Assembly: GCA_002269645.1 (NCBI GenBank)
Contig: NIVC01000225.1
Span: 598,416-662,415 of the forward strand
Origin: Macrostomum lignano
Lineage: Eukaryota
Direction of reading: 5' to 3'
DNA length: 64,000 bases
How positions within the stretch are numbered: the first letter of the stretch is position 1; each line of letters begins with the position of its first letter. Below the pieces are notes generated by a model, which saw nothing but the letters and a program-made list of their open reading frames with translations, did no database searches and had not been told where the DNA came from. This document shows, piece by piece, positions 12,929 to 26,335 of the stretch. Position numbers and translations under genes: made by a program.

Positions 12929-15900
12929 GCAGCTGTTGCTGTTGTTGCAGCTGTTGTTGTTGCAGCTGTTGCTGTTGTTGTTGCTGTTGCTGCTGCTGTT
13001 GTTGTTGTTGCAGCTGCTGTTGCAGTTGTTGCTGCTGCTGCTGCTGCTGTTGTTGTTGCAGCTGCTGTTGCTGCTGCTGTTGTTGTGGCTGTTGCTGCTG
13101 CTGCACCGGCCGCATTGTAACACCCAACGTCGACGGCCTACTACGGCCAGCAGCTGCGGCCATCTTCGCCGCGAACTCTTCCACCCTAGCGTTAGTAGCC
13201 GCAATGGCTTGAATATCGGAGGTGGATAATTGACGGGCTGGCAAACCGGCCCCAGTTGATGCTGTTGTCGATGTTGTTGCTGTTAAAGCAGCAGCAGCAG
13301 AAGACTGCGACAGTTGCCTAGCTGGCAGCATCTGAGCGGAAGAATTGGCTCGCATCCCAGCCTGAGTAGTGATAGCCGGATTAACAGATTGAGCATCGGC
13401 AACAGTTGACGCAGCGGCAGTGACGGAGGAATTTGTCGTGGCAGTAATACTACTACTATTAGTACTAGTAGTAGCAGTAGCAGAAGATTTCGGTCTAACA
13501 GCGTACATTTTGCCATTAGGCAATTGCATATAGGAAGCTGTACGACTTTTCAGCATAGTAACCGGGGTGCCGGCGGGAATGCGGGATTGAATAGGCTTGC
13601 CATCCATAGTGTTCACGCCAGGCGGCGGCTTGCTGCACACAGTGATATCAGTGGTGACTACAATGTGCTCAATATTGAAGCCCTGCTGTTGCATAGAACG
13701 AAGAAAGGCGGCGCGTTTCTCGTATTGCATCTGCTGCTGCTGCTGCTGTTGTTGTTGAGCAGAGCTGAGCAACCGGTGCTGATGGAACTGCTGCTGACCC
13801 GGAGGTCCGCTGTTAATGAACCGACTCAGGTAGCTGCCACTACCTCCGCTGCCATAGAAACCGGATTTAGTGAGCCCAGAGCTAGGAAAAGCTCTGGTGT
13901 CGATAATTGGGCCGTTGGTTGAGCCGCCGCTGGGCACATAGTGAGTAGAATAAGACTCTCGATAGGTCTGCCTACTAGACAGACCGCAGTGCATCTTGTC
14001 GCGTTCGTAAAATTCTCTGGCTTTACGCTTCTCGGCCCGGGTTAACTTAGCCTCCTGACGATCCAACAGCAGAGACTCGTGGGTGAAGGGCGCGTTAGTG
14101 AGCACCGCGCGGATACCGGATGTAGAGGAAGCTTCTTGAACGGCGGCGACTCCTGCGGCTTGGTCATCCTCGGCATCAGCGGATCCGAGTAAAATTCGTT
14201 CGAGCATAAAGTCTGGCGACTCTCTGATAGCAGCCTGGAGAATATAGAGTTTGCATGTGGGTATATTAGCAAGCTGAAGGCTTGTATCGGAATTGTATCG
14301 GTGACCCACTAAAAGACCCACACGGATAAATCAGTGACCCACTAAAAGACCCACACGGATAAATCAGTGACCCACTAAAAGACCCACACGGATAAATCAG
14401 TGACCCACTAAAAGACCCACACGGATAAAGCAGTGACCCACTAAAGACACGACACGGATAAATCAGTGACCCACTAAAAGACCCACACGGATAAATCAGT
14501 GACCCACTAAAGACACCACACGGATAAATCAGTGACCCACTAAAGACACGACACGGATAAATCAGTGACCCACTAAAGACACCACACGGATAAATCAGTG
14601 ACCCACTAAAGACACCACACGGATAAATCAGTGACCCACTAAAGACACCACACGGATAAATCAGTGACCCACTAAAGACACCACACGGATAAATCAGTGA
14701 CCCACTAAAGACACCACACGGATAAATCAGTGACCCACTAAAAGACCCACACGGATAAATCAGTGACCCACTAAAAGACCCACACGGATAAATCAGTGAC
14801 CCACTAAAATACCCACACGGATAAATCAGTGACCCACTAAAGACACGACACGGATAAATCAGTGACCCACTAAAGACACCACACGGATAAATCAGTGACC
14901 CACTAAAGACACCACACGGATAAATCAGTGACCCACTAAAGACACCACACGGATAAATCAGTGACCCACTAAAGACACCACACGGATAAATCAGTGACCC
15001 ACTAAAAGACCCACACGGATAAATCAGTGACCCACTAAAGACACGACACGGATAAATCAGTGACCCACTAAAGACACGACACGGATAAATCAGTGACCCA
15101 CTAAAGACACGACACGGATAAATCAGTGACCCACTAAAGACACGACACGGATAAATCAGTGACCCACTAAAGACACGACACGGATAAATCAGTGACCCAC
15201 TAAAGACACGACACGGATAAATCAGTGACCCACTAAATACACCACAGGGATAAATCAGTGACCCACTAAAGACACGACACGGATAAATCAGTGACCCACT
15301 AAAGACACGACACGGATAAATCAGTGACCCACTAAAGACACCGCAGGGATAAATCAGTGACCCACTAAAAACACCACACGGATAATCAGTGACCCACTAA
15401 AGACAGACACGGATAAATCAGTGACCCACTAAAGACACCACACGGATAAATCAGTGACCCACTAAAGACACCACACGGATAAATCAGTGACCCACTAAAG
15501 ACACGACACGGATAAATCAGTGACCCACTAAAGACACGACACGGATAAATCAGTGACCCACTAAAGACACCGCAGGGATAAATCAGTGACCCACTAAAAA
15601 CACCACACGGATAATCAGTGACCCACTAAAGACACCGCAGGGATAAATCAGTGACCCACTAAAGACACCACAGGGATAAATCAGTGACCCACTAAAGACA
15701 GACACGGATAAATCAGTGACCCACTAAAGACACCACACGGATAAATCAGTGACCCACTAAAGACACCGCAGGGATAATCAGTGACCCACTAAAGACACCA
15801 CACGGATAAATCAGTGACCCACTAAAGACACCGCAGGGATAATCAGTGACCCACTAAAGACACCACACGGATAAATCAGTGACCCACTAAAGACACCGCA

Positions 15901-18900
15901 GGGATAATCAGTGACTTACTAAAGACACCGCAGGGATAATCAGTGACTCACAGGGATGAATCCGTGACTCACAAAAAGACCCCACAGAGATACATCAGTA
16001 ACCCAGTGAAGAACTCAGAGGAAAAGTCACAAACAATAAATGAAAAGAACATTACCTGAACAGCTTCTTGAGTTGGCGGCTTTAACTCAGCATCGCTAGG
16101 CCGATAGTCCATCAGCAGCATGACCTGTTGCCGGGTGAACTGACAATTCGGATTCATCTCGTCAACAATTCGATCAGCAACGCTCTGCTTGGATACTTGC
16201 CGATCGTAAATCTTTCTCTCCATAGTGTTGTCAGTGATTAGCCGGTAGATATAGCACGGCTTAACCTGGCCGTATCTATACACTCGGCAAACGGCCTGAC
16301 AATCGTGACAAGGATTCCAAGAAGCGTCCATGACAACTACGCGATTAGCGCCAATCAGATTGATGCCCAAACAGCCGGCCCTGGTGCTGAGCAGGAAGAG
16401 TTTGGCTGAGCTGTCCGTTGAATTAAACGAATTTATCATCTTCTCGCGATCGCTGGCGGCTGTAGAACCGTCCAACCGAAAATAGGACACACCTTTGCAC
16501 CATTTGATACCATCCTGCGATTCTGGATCTACTGGCCAGGTGCGCAAGAACTGCTCCAATAAGTCTAGAGTGAACAGCGACTGACTAAACACCAATAGTT
16601 TATCGTCGCGACTAACTGATTCGTTTAATATGCGCTGGAATGCGAGTATTTTAGCTCCATTCTCTAGCAAATTTGGCTTGTAATTCTTCATGATTTCCTC
16701 AGCCCAATCTAGCGACAACACGGCATTGTCATTGTTAGTCAGACTGCCGACATTGTTAAACAAATCGCTATTGTCGCTTTTCTGCACTGTGCTACGACGG
16801 CCGCGACTTTTCTTGGCCGGCGCAGCCGCCGAAGTTGAAGAGGTTGAAGCGACGGACTCGGCTAGCGAGGCGCCGCTCTGAACAGGAGTCAAACCGGCGG
16901 AGTCCTTGGCGCTGCCGGTCCCATCGACATCGCAGGTGTAATCAATATCAAGATCGTCAGCAGCGGCAGCCAGATTCGATGCTTTCGCTTGCAACAAGTG
17001 ATAGAGAATGTCCGGATGATTCCAGATTTTGCAACCGACAGCGAATGCTTTCAAAGGATTTGCGGCCGCCCAGCCTGACAGGCCATCGGATTGCAGACTC
17101 TGCATGAACCTGGAGTACAGGGCCTCCTGAATCGGACTCATTCTCAACAGTAGGACAAATTCAGTCTTCGGCGGCAACGATTTCTGCAGCACCGAATGCG
17201 ACCGACGTTGGACGAAACCGGACAAGAGTTCGTGCAAGACGTGCGCCCTGTAGCGCATGAGTTTCCGATCGGACAGTGTGGAATCGACACACTGACCGTT
17301 GCTAATTGGCCGCTCGAACATATTTGAGAACTGCTGTTTGGTACCAAGAAAATTTGGCCTAACAAAATCTACCATGCACCAGTACTCTAGCAGGTTGTTC
17401 TGCAGCGGATAGCCGGTCATTACCACGCGTCTTCGTGTTTTTAAATTTTTCAACGCTTTACTAATTCCGGCTGCCGAATTCTTAATCCGATGACCCTCGT
17501 CGCAGATGACCACCTGGGGTCCCGGATCTACTAGGGCTGAGCGGACCTGCTCCCACATGGTCAGGGCTTCGTCTTCTTTGTCCACGTCAATCACAATGGG
17601 ATCTGGTTCCGGTTTCGGCTGGGATTGGGATTGACTGCCGCTTTGAGTCTGCAGGCTGGCCGAGCTGCCGGATTTGCGACTCAACGAGCGAGACGAGTTG
17701 CCGCCGCCGCCGCCGGTCTTGTAGCGCTTCTGCAACAGCAGGCGGAACATCTCGTAGCCTAGCAACAGGACGCCGCCAGCCTCCTGCCATTGGCTGATTA
17801 CTCTGTGCCTGCAATGAGGGGCAGTGAGTGATTTATTGAGACTTTCAAGTGGGAGATAAATGCACTGATTAAATTAGTTATTAAATGAGTGAATGATTGG
17901 GTAAATAATTAAGTAAATGAATGAGTGAACGATCTAGTAAATGAGTGAATGATTGAGTAAATGAGTGAATGATTGAGTAAATGAGTGAATAATTAAGTAA
18001 ATGAGTGAATGATTGAGTGAATGAGTGAATGATTAAGTAAATGAGTGAATGATTGAGTGAATGAGTGAATGATTGAGTGAATGAGTGAATGATTAAGTAA
18101 ATGAGTGAATGATTGAGTGAATGAGTGAATGATTGAGTGAATGAGTGAATGATTAAGTAAATGAGTGAATGATTGAGTAAATGAGTGAATGATTGAGTGA
18201 ATGAGTGAATGAATGGTCGAGTAAATGAGTGAATGATCGAGTAAAAAAGTGAATTATTAAGTAAGTGAGTGAATGATCGAGTAAATGAGTGAATTATTAA
18301 GTAAGTGAGTGAATGATCGAGTAAAAAGGTGAATTATTAAGTAAGTGAGTGAATGATCGAGTAAATGAGTGAATTATTAAGTAAGTGAGTGAATGGTCGA
18401 GTAAATGAGTGAATTATTAAGTAAGTGAGTGAATTATCGACGAAATGAGTGAATGAATGATCAAGTGAATTAATGATTGAATGCGTGAGTGAGTGAGCGA
18501 GCGACTTACCTGGCGGTCATAGTCTTGCAGGAGTCGCTAATAACGTGCAGTGCAAATTTGCGCTTATCAGCCTCATCCGGACAGGCGGCCTCATCAACCG
18601 GCAGCCAGTGATTGAACTCCGCCACCCAATTCTGAATGGTGTTGATTGGCACAATGATAAGCACCGATTTCACGCCTACTCCGCTAAATAAAGCGTGGCA
18701 GAAGGCGCACACCTGAAATTATGCGAGAAATAAGATCTCTTCACGTTTTTTCTGGATAAATGAATTCAATGAGAATTTTAATAAAGTTAAACACAGGTTG
18801 TCAAAGCTGTAAATCTCTTTGTTTAATGGGCATGCCAGTTGTCTAATAGAGTCCGAAATCTAATCTAACAGGCTTAAAGACCTTACCTAACAGTTATAGA

Positions 18901-21900
18901 GCCATTATCTAACAGGCAAAAAGACCTTATCTAACAGTTACGGAGCCCTTATCCAACAGTTACAGAGCCCTTATCTAACAGGCATAAATACCTTATGTAA
19001 CAGTTAGAGAGCCCTTATCCAATAGGTGTAAAGACCTTATCTAACAGTTACAGAGTCCTTATCCAACAGTTACAGAGCCCTTATCTAACAGGCATAAATA
19101 CCTTATGTAACAGTTAGAGAGCCCTTATCCAATAGGTGTAAAGACCTTATCTAACAGTTACAGAGTCCTTATCTAAAAGTTACAGAGCCCTTACCAACAG
19201 TTACAGAGCCCTTATCTAACAGGCATAAACACCTTATCTAACAGTTACAGAGCCCTTATCTAACAGGTGTAAAGATCTTATCTAAAAGTTACTGAGGCCT
19301 TATCCAACAGTTACAGAGCCCTTATCCAACAGTTACAGAGCCCTTATTTAACAGTTACAGAGTCCTTATCTAACAGTTACAGAGCCCTTATTTAAAAGTT
19401 ACAGAGCCCTTATCTAACAGTTAAAGAGCCCTTATCTAACAGTTACAGAGCCCTTATCTAACAGGTGTAAAGACCTTATCTAAAAGTTACTGAGGCCTTA
19501 TCCAACAGTTACAGAGCCCTTATTCAACAGTTAGAGTCCTTATCTAACAGTTAAAGAGCCCTTATTTAAAAGTTAAAGAGCCCTTATCTAACAGTTACAG
19601 AGCCCTTATCCAACAGTTACAGAGCCCTTATTTAACAGTTACAGAGTCCTTATCTAACAGTTACAGAGCCCTTATTTAAAAGTTACAGAGCCCTTATCTA
19701 ACAGTTAAAGAGCCCTTATCTAACAGTTACAGAGCCCTTATCTAACAGGTGTAAAGACCTTATCTAAAAGTTACTGAGGCCTTATCCAACAGTTACAGAG
19801 CCCTTATTCAACAGTTAGAGTCCTTATCTAACAGTTAAAGAGCCCTTATTTAAAAGTTAAAGAGCCCTTATCTAACAGTTACAGAGCCCTTATTTAAAAG
19901 TTAAAGAGCCCTTATCTAACAGTTAAAGAGCCCTTATCTAACAGTTACAGAGCCCTTATCTAACAGGTGTAAAGACCTTATCTAAAAGTTACTGAGGCCT
20001 TATCTAACAGTTACAGAGCCTTCATCTAGCAGTTAAAGAGCCCTTATCTAGCAGATGCAAAGCAAAGCCAAATATAAAAAGCAACAAAAGTGTCCATCGC
20101 ACACCAACCTGCAGAGTCTTGCCCAGTCCCATACTGTGCGCCAATATACAACCAAATCCTGGCGTTCTATTAAACAATTGCAAATTCTCCACAACATTAT
20201 CGTATAGGAAACGAACTCCGCCGATTTGATGCGGCCTTATAGCCTTGGCTATCCGGCTTGGCAAATAGATGTCGCTATCGTCCTCCGGATGACTGACATT
20301 CACCAGTACGCGACCAGATACATCTGGCACATTGTGCTCATCTTTAGCGTGCTTGCCGTCAACATCAACGCCATCGTCTTCGTCTTCTTTATCGGCGGCG
20401 GCGTCGGAGTCTTCTTTGCCGGCATCCTCATTATCGTCGCTGTCAATCACGATAGTCTCCTGTTGCTGCTGCAGCGGCGAAGACACGCCTCGGCCAGTGA
20501 GCAGCTGATTTAAACTGCTGTACTGCGGCACCCGATTGAGCAGGTTGCGACCGACAGAGAAATTCGAGGAAGAGTAATAGCCAGAAGACGATGAGGGAGC
20601 GGATGGTATTAGGAATTTGGCTGACGCGGACGTTGGCGAAGATGTCTTGGATCGTTTCGCTGGAGGCGGTTCCACGATGCAACAGGCGTCATCGTCTTCT
20701 TCGTCATCACGATCCTCATCCTCATCATTTGTCTTATCGGCTTTCGAGCCTGTAGTAGAAGTTTCAGCGGCTGCTGCTGCTTTTGCTGCTAAGCGATCTT
20801 CTTTAGTTTCAAGCAGAGTTTCTAAGGTGGACGTCTTGGCGGCTGCGGCTGCGGCGGAGGCCTGCTGCTGCTTCTCTTGGATTCGCTTTCTACGCTCCAT
20901 CTCGGCTTTTTGAGCTTCGAGTGTCGCTTTGTCAACTTTTGTGTCGCGTATTCGACGAATATTGCGACGCTCGAATAGAGTCTTGGATCGCTTGGTGGGA
21001 CTGTCCTCGGATGTCGCGGCAGCTGCCGCCGAAGATGTCGGGGTCTGCTGGCGCTGGCGTCTGCGATGGCGGGTGGGTGACAGGTACGGCATGGAGCTTG
21101 CTGGGGATCTGGGAGAGTTGAAGAGTCATGGGGATCTGGGAGAGGTGAAGAGTCATGGGGATCTGGGAGAGGTGAAGAGTCATGGGGATCTGGGCTGTGT
21201 AGCGCCATGGGATCTGGGAGAGGTGAAGAGTCATGGGGATCTGGGCTGTGTAGCGCCATGGGATCTGGGAGAGGTGAAGAGTCATGGGAATCTGGGTGTG
21301 TAGCGCCATGGGATCTGGGAGAGGTGGAGTCATGGGGATCTGGGAGAGGTGAAGAGTCATGGGAATCTGGGCTGTGTAGCGCAATGGGAATCTGGGAGAG
21401 GTGAATAGTCATGGGAATCTGGGAGAGGTGAAGAGTCATGGGGATCTGGGAGAGGTGAAGAGTCATGGGAATCTGGGAGAGGTGAAGAGTCATGGGGATC
21501 TGGGAGAGGTGAAGAGTCTTGGGGATCTGGGCTGTGTAGTGCTATGGGGATCTGGGCTGTGTAGCGCTATGGGGATCTGGGAGAGGTGAAGAGTCATGGG
21601 AATCTGGGAGAGGTGAAGAGTCATGGGAATCTGGGTGTGTAGCGCCATGGGATCTGGGAGAGGTGGAGTCATGGGGATCTGGGAGAGGTGAAGAGTCATG
21701 GGGATGTGGGAAGAGTCATGGGGATCTGGGAGACGTGAGAAATGTGAGATGTGAGCATGTGAGAAATCGACTATTTTGTGCAACCAGCATTTTGTATTTC
21801 ATCACTTACTTCGCCTCTTTTGCTGCAGCTTTGATCAATTCGTTCTGATCGACACCTGGCGGCAGCAGATCCTCGGCCGATTTACCTGCATTGTCATCCT

Positions 21901-23359
21901 CATCACAGTCTTCTTCCGTAGAATCTTCGTCGTCGTCGTCGTTGAAATCTTCGTCGAATTCTGCAGTTCCATGTTCAGCCGGACTGTCTTCGACTCCGGC
22001 TTCAGAGAAGAAGAAATCGGTGGGGTCGCACTCGTCCGATACGAGGCAGTCCAGGCCCATGATTTCCGCCACGGCCGCTTCGGCAGCTGCTTCCACAGCG
22101 TCACCGTTTGCGGCGGACTGCGCTGGATCTAAGAGATAAAGAAAGATAATAGTAGCAACAGCATGGGGATGGGAGAGTGGAGACGGCCCAGCAACTGAGG
22201 ATCTGGGAGGCTGGCCCAGCAACTGAGGATCTGGGAGGCTGGCCCAGCAACTGAGGATCTGGGAGGCTGGCCCAGCAACTGACACTCTGGGAGGCTGGCC
22301 CAGCAACTGACACTCTGGGAGGCTGGCCCAGCAACTGACACTCTGGGAGGCTGGCCCAGCAACTGAGGATCTGGGAGGCTGGCCCAGCAACTGAGGATTT
22401 AGGAAGCTGGCCCAGCAACTGAGGATCTGTGAGGCTGGCCCAGCAACTGACACTCTGGGAGGCTGGCCCAGCAACTGAGGATCTGGGAGGCTGGCCCAGC
22501 AACTGAGGATTTAGGAAGCTGGCCCAGCAACTGAGGATCTGGGAGGCTGGCACAGCAACTGAGGATCTGGGAGGCTGGCCCAGCAACTGACACTCTGGGA
22601 GGCTGGCCTAGCAACTGACACTCTGGGAGGCTAGCCCAGTAACTAAGGATCTGGGAGGCTGGGCCAGCAACTGAGGATTTAGGAGGCTGGCCCAGCAATT
22701 GACACTCTAGGAGAGGCTAGCACAGCAACTGACACTCTGGGAGGCTGGCCCAGAATCTGACACTTTGGGAGGCTGGCCAAGCAACTGACACTCTGGGAGG
22801 CTGGCTTAGCAACTGAGGATCTGGGAGGCTGGCCCAGCAACTGACACTCTGGGAGGCTGGCCCAGCAACTGACACTCTGGGAGGCTGGCCCAGCAACTGA
22901 CACTCTGGGAGGCTGGCCCAGCAACTGCGGATCTGGGAGGCTGGCCCAGAAAATGAGGATCTGGGAGGCTGGCCCAGCAACTGAGGATCTTGAAGCGTCT
23001 GAGGATCTGGAGCAAATAAAGTCAAAGACCCAAATTTCATAGTCTAAACCAAGTGCACGTGCGCAGGGGCATTGCAAAAAAGTTTTATATTGCTTACTAA
23101 TCGCAGCAGAGTTTTGAACGCTTGAAAGCGCATCATTTTCTTCTAAAACCGACATCGGTTTAGCTGTGTCACGCACTGAAGCAGACTCTCCACTACCGTT
23201 GATGCCAACTGTAGTCAAGTCCTGCTTCTGCTGAAGATCTTGCTTCATCAGCAATTTCTGTTGTTGTTCCTCCTCTTCTTGCTGTTGCCCATTAAAGGAT
23301 TCAAGAGAATTATTGAAGCCGAATACCTGGGAATCGCGGTGCACAATAGCTTTGCTCAT
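10881..23359 (-). CDS. RAD54L2: RAD54-like 2 / ARIP4 SNF2-family helicase, 7 coding exons, ~1988 aa
   Basis: Exons 23359-23098, 22128-21810, 21060-20109, 18712-18510, 17808-16056, 14273-12672, 11756-10881; all GT-AG, phases consistent, total 5967 nt. Motifs AHSMGLGKT, DEGHRIKN, MTGYPLQNN, LVFSQ, LLSTRAGCLGINL, QAVCRVYRYGQ, and the ARIP4-type PFTHESLLLDRQEAKLTRAEK. First exon and the 14273 acceptor (alternative 14234) are less certain. Confidence 0.92.
12040..12500. repeat. Degenerate TAACCT/telomere-like satellite in RAD54L2 intron 6
   Basis: aaactaaatctaaccttaacctaaacctaacctt units. Confidence 0.9.
14300..15955. repeat. 33-bp minisatellite (ACACGGATAAATCAGTGACCCACTAAAGACACC)n filling RAD54L2 intron 5
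   Basis: Visible tandem units. Confidence 0.98.
17885..18500. repeat. ~20-bp GAGTGAATGATTGAGTAAAT minisatellite filling RAD54L2 intron 4
   Basis: Visible tandem units. Confidence 0.93.
18860..20055. repeat. 22-23 bp minisatellite (CTTATCTAACAGTTACAGAGCC)n filling RAD54L2 intron 3
   Basis: Visible tandem units. Confidence 0.96.
21100..21735. repeat. 27-bp minisatellite (GGAGAGGTGAAGAGTCATGGGGATCTG)n with an interspersed shorter variant, RAD54L2 intron 2
   Basis: Visible tandem units. Confidence 0.96.
22183..23010 (-). repeat. 28-bp minisatellite (AGATCCTCAGTTGCTGGGCCAGCCTCCC)n, RAD54L2 intron 1; copy 1 of 3
   Basis: Reverse complement of the arrays at ~49612 and ~53397. Confidence 0.97.
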
Positions 23360-23729
23360 GCTTGCTAGACTGCCACCAGATTAGAGCATTCTCTTGGCTT
23401 GCAGCAAGCATATGAATTTTTGTAATTCTTCTTTGTTATGTAGCCAAAAATCATGCAATAATTAACAATATTTATATTGCTCAATAACAATGCCAAGAAT
23501 GTTTTTTTTTAAATAAGGATTGATTGTAGCCAAGAAAAATAATTTATGCTGTTTTTTTCAGTATTGAACAAATCAGGATTGATTGTAGCCAAGAAAAATA
23601 ATCTTATGCTGTTTTTTTCAGTATACACAGCACTAAGTCATCGCTTGTGGTCGAACTAGTCGCCAGAGAACATTTGTTGCAGAGTTTTGCTGAGTTGATG
23701 ATTGTTCATCGTCTTATTGTCTTAAAAAA

Positions 23730-24180
23730 GCAAGTTTGTCTTTCAGATTAGTCAAAAACTTATCACAATGTCATATTTTTTCCATCAGAATTTACAACAT
23801 ATTGTAGGAGTCCTTCTATATTCTGGCATTGTTGCATTGAAGTCAGCCATACCTAATAGACAGTATAGAAAATTTCGTCTGTTGAGTACATCTATTACAG
23901 TTCTTTGCAACCCTAAAAGTTCACAAGAACTAATCAGCTATGCTTATAAAATTTGTGTCAACTAGTGTTGCATGGTATAGAAGAATTTTTCTTTCTTATA
24001 ATATTCATTGTCTTATTAGTTTAGCAAATGAAGTTGAGAACCATGGTCTACTTGACCCTTTTTTCTGCTTTCAAGTTTGAAAATCATATAAAAATTATTA
24101 AAGAAATGATTTGTTTTAAGAATATACCAATGATTGTTAATAGACTTCAAGAATTAGAACATAGTAAATTGTTTTAGATA
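23730..24180 (+). pseudogene. Degenerate CACTA/EnSpm (CMC) transposase fragment
   Basis: Frameshifted translation QISQKLITMSYF-FPSEF...LLYSGIVALKSAIP..YRKFRLLSTSITVL...SYNIHCLISLANEVENHGLLDP-FSAFKFENHIKIIKEMI resembles the recalled animal EnSpm consensus (PSEF..LLYTG..YNVHSLLHL..GPLD.FSAFPFEN). No termini identified. Confidence 0.75.
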
Positions 24181-25779
24181 ATAGTTAAAAAGTGAAGTCA
24201 GTCAAGTTTACAACTTTAACATGTCCTAGGATCTATTCTGGGGTATTTAAAATGTGATTCTATTGATCAGTTCTATTCATGGCATAATGAAGATAATTTT
24301 CTTTCTTTATCTCCAAGTGATTTTAATGTTTTAAATAATACTGGTATTTTCTATGATGACTAATGTCATGTATAACAAAATCCCCTCATGGTTTGCCAAA
24401 GATACAAATACAAAAAGTCCTTTTTGACTATCCTATAGATTTATATAATAAAAATATTTTTGTAGAATATGATTGAATTATAATCTTACATGTTTACATT
24501 CAAGGACAATTTTAAAGAAGTTCTATTGTCTTCTAATAGATTTTAGAGTGCTATTTGTCCTTATGCTTTGTTAGACAAAAATTCTCCTCTGTACCACAAT
24601 TTCCTATATCTTTTTATATTATTCTTTTTCTTGAAAGGAGTATGGAGTATGTGAGTGAAAAGTGGCTTGTTAGAAGAATATAGTTCAAATGGACAAAATA
24701 TGGATATGTAGAAATCAAGCACCTGCAAAATCATCAAGCTGCACCATCTAATGATTAGTAGTTATATTGTGTAAATTGCTTTCTTGCACACTTGATGAAA
24801 CCATTGCAAAGCAAAGTTTGCTACAAGCTTTTGAGGGTACTAATGACCTAACTTCTAATTTGCAGATCTCTACAATCTTATGAGTTGTTTCTACCCAAAA
24901 AATTTGCCATAGGAGCTTTTTTCTATAATGAAGATTTGAGAAATTGATCATCATGCTTCTAAAATGGCAAGCTTTAATAAGAAGTCAGATGATTCCAACA
25001 GAGAACTATTGAGCTTTTTGTTATAGTCATTTCTAGTCTAGTATGTTTCTTTATTTCTAAATATAATACATTTTATTTCAACATGTTACTATAGCCTTAA
25101 TAGTTGCCAATACAGTAGACAAGGTGACTCCTAGTCAAAGTACATCATTTGCAGCATAGAGAGGTGCTAATATAGCCAACAAGGCAATTCCTAGTCAAAG
25201 TGCATTGTTTATAGTACTAATAGGTGCCATTATAGGTACAAACCTTTTATTTATTCTTGCTATAGCATCACCATCACTATTCAGCTTCTATGAAAAAATA
25301 CAGAAAAAGCATTTAGCACAACAGGTCTAGCCTTGTCTGCTTTGTGCAGCCAAACTGTCAGTTAAGAAAAATAACAATGTTGAAAAATTCCATTGAACTT
25401 ATGCCCAATTAAAAAAGTAGATTGCATCCTTAATTTGACTTTAGAAAGTCAAAACAAACATGAAAGTATAAATTTCATTTGTTAATAAAGGAGTTGAATG
25501 TATAAAAAGTTAAAACAATTCTAATTTTGCTTTGCTAAATCTACTATTTAGTACCTTTCAAGGTATTGGTTTTATACAGAATGAGATCAAGTCCTTGGTT
25601 GGTAGAATAAGGGGATAGAACTCCCATTGCCAAAATTTTATTCTGTGAAATCTATTAGCTAAATCCCATGACCCAAACCTTATCCTATTCTCCAAATGCT
25701 ATATAGAATATCTTTAAAATGGCATATCTTATATATTTTCCTTATTTGCGAAAATTGACTGCTATCATCCCATCTGAGA

Positions 25780-26335
25780 CTCTCCTATCTTTTGTCTCCT
25801 CTTTGCTATCTTTTGTCTCCTCTTTGCTCTCTTATCTCTCATCTTTTTTTTATCATCTTGTTTTTCTCTCCTTTCCTTTAATCTCTAATCACTTATCTTT
25901 TCTCTCTTATCTTTTTGGCTCTACTCCCTCTTATAACTTCTCTTCTCTTCTCTCTTTTTTTCTTTTCTCCCCTCTATTTTTTTCTTCCTATTTCTTTTTG
26001 TCTTTTTTCTCTGTTCTATTCTCTTTTATTTCTATTTTCTTCTCTTATCTGATTTCTCTAGTCTTTTATCTATTCTCTATTCTATCTTGTCTTTGCTCTT
26101 TTTTTCTCTCTTTTTGTTCTCATGTCTCAAGTTTATATTTTCTTTACCTTTTCTTTTCATCTTTCTTTTCTTCTCTTTACTGTTTTTTGTCTTCTTTTTT
26201 CTTTTTTGTTCTTTTTCTCTCATTATTTTTGCCTTATTCCCCTTTTTCTTGTTTCTATTATCTTTAATCTATTCTCTCATATCTACTTTCTTTTCTATTA
26301 TTTCTCCTTTTGTCTTTCTATTTTTATATCTGACT
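25780..26335. repeat. Pyrimidine-rich (TC/TTC) low-complexity tract
   Basis: Composition; source of the spurious F/S/L ORFs. Confidence 0.85.

Noticed and set aside
20822-23040. SQIPMTLHL and LLGQPPRSSVAGPASQ ORFs (also at 49579-50089 and 53382-54081)
   Set aside because: Intronic or intergenic minisatellite translations.
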